The notes below the pieces were generated by a model. That model did not search any database. It had not been told where the DNA came from and saw nothing but the letters and a program-made list of their open reading frames with translations. From Ranitomeya imitator (lineage: Eukaryota): a DNA stretch of 64,000 bases. Location: contig NC_091288.1 of assembly GCF_032444005.1 (NCBI RefSeq), positions 210,366,001 through 210,430,000 of the forward strand, given 5' to 3'. Made by a program: the position numbers and the translations under genes. The stretch's first letter is position 1. The number at the start of each line of letters is the position of its first letter. Positions 59,901 through 64,000 of the stretch are shown in pieces.

Positions 59901-60678
59901 TGATTCCAGAGAAAGGCCAAGTCGCCAGCCGCCCGCCAAGAAGGAGAGGAATCCAAAACTTGTGACCCCCGCCGTCCGGACGTCCGTAGCGGCCGGCACT
60001 GATCAGAACGAGGTGGTCTGCAATTGTGGGGTTAGCGCTGTGCAGCTGACTGTTCGCAAGGAGGGGCCCAATCAAGGACGCCCATTTTACAAATGCAACG
60101 GCGGAAACTGCAACTTCTTTTTGTGGGCAGATCAGGAGGTCGGTGCTGGCAGAAGTGCGCCGCCCCTGCAGATATCTGGAGGACGTCCCTCAAATTCATT
60201 CACTAGTCCACGGGAGCCTGGAGGTGGAAGTGGGGACTTTGCATCCGACGGTCAGGCTTCTTGTAATTGCAATCAGCCCGCGGTCACTCGTACGGTGCAG
60301 AAAGACGGCGCCAACAAGGGGCGACAATTCCACACGTGCTCCAAACCCAGAGACCAGCAATGCGGGTTCTTCCAGTGGGCGGACGAAAATGTGCCACCAG
60401 GTAAGGGGTTGGGGTGGTCCTAGGGTCCCAAGTGACTATCTGCACTCTAAGACTTTTATTTAACCCCTTGTATCTCTCCTTGATCCCTTCCAGGAGGCTC
60501 CGGCGACTATCCCAGTGCATTTGGAGGAAGCTTCTCAGCGCAACGCAATTCTGGCACCAAGAGCAAACGTTCTGACCGCAACTCTTCAGATCGAGAGCCG
60601 ACCGCGAAAAAACCACGGAGTTGTGGTGTATGTCACCAGCCCGGACACAACAGGACCAACTGTCCACAGAACAGATGA
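44961..60678 (+). CDS. TOP3A: DNA topoisomerase III alpha, 19 coding exons, 1002 aa from the first ATG (second in-frame ATG at 45045)
   Basis: Exons 44961-45146, 45594-45653, 45900-45973, 50563-50638, 51201-51309, 51387-51530, 51613-51783, 53279-53379, 54262-54336, 54637-54719, 54813-55020, 56257-56442, 56553-56682, 56779-56892, 58656-58821, 58900-59043, 59406-59528, 59727-60400, 60494-60678. The total is 3009 nt in frame. Motifs: TOPRIM VAEK and DCDREGE, catalytic YISYPRTET (Tyr codon 54823-54825), a C4 zinc ribbon, two GRF zinc fingers and a C-terminal CCHC knuckle ([14 protein letters not shown]). Confidence 0.98.
45390..45562 (+). mobile_element. Solitary Tc1 left-TIR fragment
   Basis: ta|cagatgctactcacaaaattagaatatc... 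Its 3' part is the reverse complement of the TIR remnant at ~13860-13940. Confidence 0.6.
46103..49781 (+). mobile_element. piggyBac-type non-autonomous element, copy C, in a TOP3A intron
   Basis: TTAA at 46099-46102 and 49782-49785. Same ends and organisation as copy B. Confidence 0.9.
49786..50069. mobile_element. Kolobok/T2-type palindromic MITE abutting copy C
   Basis: ttaa|tggggttattctttt ... aaaagaataacccct|ttaa (50070-50073), with inverted arms around a central ggtctcctaggcaacc. Confidence 0.8.
52125..53105. repeat. Degenerate ~90-bp repeat clusters (52125-52290, 52860-53105)
   Basis: Recurrent acagctacactgctcagtactgct ... ttctagtaagtgttttatctcac. Confidence 0.6.
53400..53843. mobile_element. 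Kolobok/T2-type MITE (diverged), same family as 10065-10450 and 49786-50069
   Basis: TTAA at 53396-53399 and 53844-53847. Start is ggggttattctc. Inverted arms include gagatattaa...cttttgtttg / aagaaaagtgttaatatc and ggagaccgaccaccg / cggtggtcggtctcc. Confidence 0.7.
54376..54510. mobile_element. Small hAT-like palindromic MITE (actacaactcccagcatgc family); related remnant at ~32000-32090
   Basis: ccaatctgtggttctccagctgttg ... caacagctggagagccacagattgg inverted arms. TSD not resolved. Confidence 0.6.
55055..56222. repeat. Same 35-bp minisatellite, filling a TOP3A intron
   Basis: About 33 units between exons ending 55020 and starting 56257. Confidence 0.97.
57640..58480. repeat. 31-bp GC-rich minisatellite in a TOP3A intron, ~27 copies
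   Basis: Unit ccccctcgggccgcct(c/t)ccgtgcc(t/g)ttcctg, with degenerate flanks. Confidence 0.95.
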
Positions 60679-61504
60679 GGAGCGTCCAATATTTTATCTT
60701 GTATGTCCCTACTGGAGCAGAGTGCTCGAGAATGGAAGACCATCATCATCATCCTCCATCCATTTACTCCCGTTACATAGATGGTTCTATGTTTTAGGAG
60801 TGAACAACCCCCTTGGTTGTTGTGCCGGATTCACGTATCCATGGACGGACCCGCCGGCCGCAGGATCTCGTGAGCAAATCATCTCATACCGTAAAACACA
60901 GATATGTGAATGCCTACTAATCAGACTGTCGGACCAGACTCTGGCTTGGCTCCATACCGACAGCGGTGGTGCGGAAAATCGGCCATTATGAAAAGTTGTT
61001 GTCCCCCATCTCAGGAGGTTCTGTGTCTAATTAGGAGATGGGTTTCCCAGTGACGTCTCTTATATCAAAAACCAAAAAGAAGAAATAAAATATTTTATGA
61101 TGGGGTCAAAAGAGCCAGCGTTCAGTTTATACATTAGTTACCAATTTATTTATTTTTTTTTTAGTCTTGCACAGTCTAAAAAAATAAAAAGTCATATCTA
61201 TTAGGGAAGGTGGTTCATGTTTCATCCGGAGTAGTGAGCAGCGACAAAGAGCGTCTTTTGATCTGGAGGACCCGACAGTGCAATGCTTAATTCCACCTGT
61301 GGGGGTGCTGCTGGGAAATTTAGCACTTGCTTCCAGGTTCCTGCAGACCTCTTCCTATTTGTCGGCACCCCTTCTGATTAGTTAGACCCTGGCGAAACGT
61401 CATCACCGAGCCAGAGTCCTGCAAATAATTTTGCCCAAATTCTAGTGATCATTCTATTATTGGATCACCTTACTAACTTAAAGGAATTGTAAGAATCCCT
61501 GTAA

Positions 61505-61844
61505 GGGTATGTGCACACGTCCGGATTTTTAGCGTTTTTTTTGCGGATTTTCGCTATAAAAACGCTATAATTCCGCATCAAAAACGCTAAAAATATGCAT
61601 CTTATCATTTAGAATGCATTCCGGATTTTTTGTTCAGATGGATGCGTTTTTTACCGCAAAAAAAACGCATTCCGCAAAAAAAATGGACATGCTCATTCTT
61701 TTTGCGGATTTTTTGCGGATTTCTAAGCCAAAATGACTCAGAAAAAAAAAAAAAAAAACGCAAAAATTCCGCGAAAAAAACGCGATTTTCTGCCAGAAAT
61801 CTCCGGATTTTGTCAGGAAAAAAACCTGACGTGTGCACATACCC
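61505..61844. mobile_element. PIF/Harbinger-type MITE
   Basis: TIR gggtatgtgcacacgtc and TAA TSD at 61502-61504 and 61845-61847. Confidence 0.9.
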
Positions 61845-62514
61845 TAAAGGAGGAAAATTCACGTAGCACGCGCCTTATATTGCAGATCCCATGACTGACT
61901 CCTGTAGGTTTGGTCTTTTATATATATATATATATAATTTTAATATAACGATGCAATATTCTGTGAGATCATCTACAGAAGGTGCCGTCAGAATTATAGC
62001 CGCTTTTTGTGCGGAGTTCGCTCAATCTCGTGACGTTTGTTGTAATATATTATTTTTGTTGTTTTTAATGTACAAATAAAACTATGAAAAATATTGTACA
62101 TATTCCTAAGGGTTATCCTCCCAAGTAATTGTATGATGCTAATTTCAACTTTGTAATCTACCATGTCTATCAATTCCTCACTGTTTTCATAGCGATTTCA
62201 TAGTAGATTCTTCTGGTCCAGGGTCGTCTCTTATTTCATTGTTCTTGTTAGATAATTTCAGTACGATAGTCGTTAAGTTGTTAGTAGGATGAAATTGAAA
62301 GTGTTCATGGAACGGCTTTAGCTGTTGCTCAAATTCTGTCCAGATGATAAAAATATCGTCAATGTAACGACGATAGCCCAGAGGCCTCATATTTGTGTAC
62401 TGTGGAGCCCTTTTACTTCCCATCGCTGTATCAGTCTCCTATACATATATCTTATCAAATTCAAGGTAATTGTGGGTGAGGATGAATTTTGTAAGTTTCA
62501 CCATAGAATAAGTA

Positions 62515-63731
62515 CCGTATTTTTCGGTCTATAAGGGTATGTTTCCACGTTCAGGAAACGCTGCGTGTTTGACGCTGCATAGAGCCGCAGCGTCCAGATG
62601 TTACAGCATAGGGGTGGGTATTTCATGAAATCCCGTCTCCACTATGCGTGGTAACACGCATCGGCGGCCCTGCGATTCCAGACATGCGGCGCGTCTTTAG
62701 ATCGCACCATGTCCGTTTACCTTGTGGCGACGCTGCGCCGCCGCAAGGTATAACACAGGGCCCTATTTGTGGGGTGCGAGGATACCGGATGTGTGCAATG
62801 AACACATCCGGCATCATCGTGTCCCCAGAAGGGGGCAGAGCGACTTTGCCGCTCCGTCAAACCTGAACGTGGACACGTACCCTTACAAGCACATTTTCCC
62901 CCAAAAAAATGTGAGAGAGAGGGGGGTGCGTCTTATAGTCGTAATGCAGGCTTACCGGCAGAGGTGCGGGGATGATGAGCGTTATGGCGTGAGCAGTGTC
63001 CATTCCACAGGTGAGGTAACGCAGCGGCCCGGTATCCAATGTGAGCAGCAGAGCTGGGTTAATCACCGGCTTCTCGGTGGCGGCGGCCATCTTTCTGAGA
63101 CCGCGCGTGCGCAGATGGAGTGCTCTGCTTCCCGGGGCTTCAGAAAAATGGCCGCATGTGCGCAGATGGAGATCGCGGTGGCCATTTTCCGGAAGCTGAG
63201 TTCGCAGATTTAGATCTCTGCTTCAGGAAATTGGCCGCCGCGATCTCCATCTGCGCACGTGCGGCATCCCGCGGTCATTTTCCTTAAGCCTCGGGAAGCA
63301 GAGCACTCCATCTGCGCATGGGTGGCCTCAGGAAGATGGCCGCCGCCACCGAGAAACCGGTGATTAACCCGGCTTTGCTGCTCACATTGGATACCGGGCC
63401 ACTGCGTCACCTTACCTGTGGAAGGGACCCTGCTCACACCATACCGCTCATCATCCCTGCACCTCTGCCGTCGCCACACTGCTGAAACCCCCCCCCCATG
63501 GACACCAGGCCGTGGCGTCGCCCACCTCAGCAGGAAGGGACCCTGCTCAGGTGCACGCCGTACCGCATCACCCCACCTCTGCCGACACCATGCCTCCTGT
63601 GACCCTGCTCTGCCACCGCCAGCCCTCAGCTAGGAAACTGTAAATTCGGACAATAAGACGGACCCCCATCTTATCAAAAAAAAAATTTTCACCCCAAATT
63701 TGGGGTGCGTCTTATAGTCCGAAAAATACGG
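62515..63731. mobile_element. TA-flanked mariner/pogo-type non-autonomous element with a long internal inverted repeat
   Basis: TA|ccgtatttttcgg ... ccgaaaaatacgg|TA. Internal ~250-bp inverted arms at ~62955-63200 and ~63215-63470. Confidence 0.8.
62535..62882. mobile_element. Harbinger-type MITE nested in the left TIR of the 62515-63731 element
   Basis: taa|gggtatgtttccacgttcagg ... cctgaacgtggacacgtaccc|tta. Confidence 0.75.
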
Positions 63732-64000
63732 TATCTTTCCTAAATTTTACATTTAGAATTTGCAGGCATTTAATCCATCCTGGTGTGACATATTCGAGTA
63801 CAAAGATTCTACATCCATGGTGGCCTGGATGGTTCCTTCTGGTAGAGGACCTATTGCTGTAGGTCAATTGTGTCCTGAATGTTTCTGGATGGGTAGAGGG
63901 TATTCTTAAACCCCTAGTAAAGGCTACAACCAGCTACATTCATTACACAACTGAGGTCTTTCTATACCGACTAATGAATGTGCTCCTCAGACCTTGTGGG

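Noticed and set aside
61360-61410. Second hammerhead-like string (CTGATTAG TTAGACCCTGGC GAAACGTC) downstream of the TOP3A stop
   Set aside because: U at position 8 breaks the C3:G8 pair and stem I cannot be formed. At best a decayed remnant.

Overview
This is eukaryotic genomic DNA from an anuran amphibian. The repeat families suggest a hyloid or poison-frog-like genome, which is an inference. The window holds the conserved vertebrate Smith-Magenis cluster SHMT1(+) / SMCR8(-) / TOP3A(+). All coding exons were resolved by hand with GT-AG boundaries and consistent phase: SHMT1 has 11 coding exons (484 aa), SMCR8 has 2 (882 aa) and TOP3A has 19 (1002 aa). SMCR8 and TOP3A share a compact bidirectional promoter built from repeated ACTACAnnTCCC / E-box-CLEAR / CRE modules. 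The rest is dominated by minisatellites (35, 90, 34, 31, 49, 38 and 31 bp units), three ~3-3.7 kb TTAA-flanked piggyBac-type non-autonomous elements, Tc1 elements, and Harbinger, Kolobok, hAT and mariner-type MITEs. Highlights: (1) a nested stack in the SMCR8 intron (L1 > Tc1 > Harbinger MITE, plus a Kolobok MITE), where both the L1 ORF2 and the Tc1 transposase become open again after in-silico excision; (2) a minimal hammerhead-ribozyme motif with a compensatory U3:A8 core pair at ~11.27 kb; (3) a phased array of X-box-like motifs with variable spacers at ~10.7-11.0 kb; (4) an out-of-frame uORF positioned to split TOP3A translation between mitochondrial and nuclear starts; (5) four CCAAT boxes spaced exactly 31 bp apart between two G-rich minisatellites. 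Most long ORFs in the supplied track are artefacts of tandem repeats. There are two assembly gaps.
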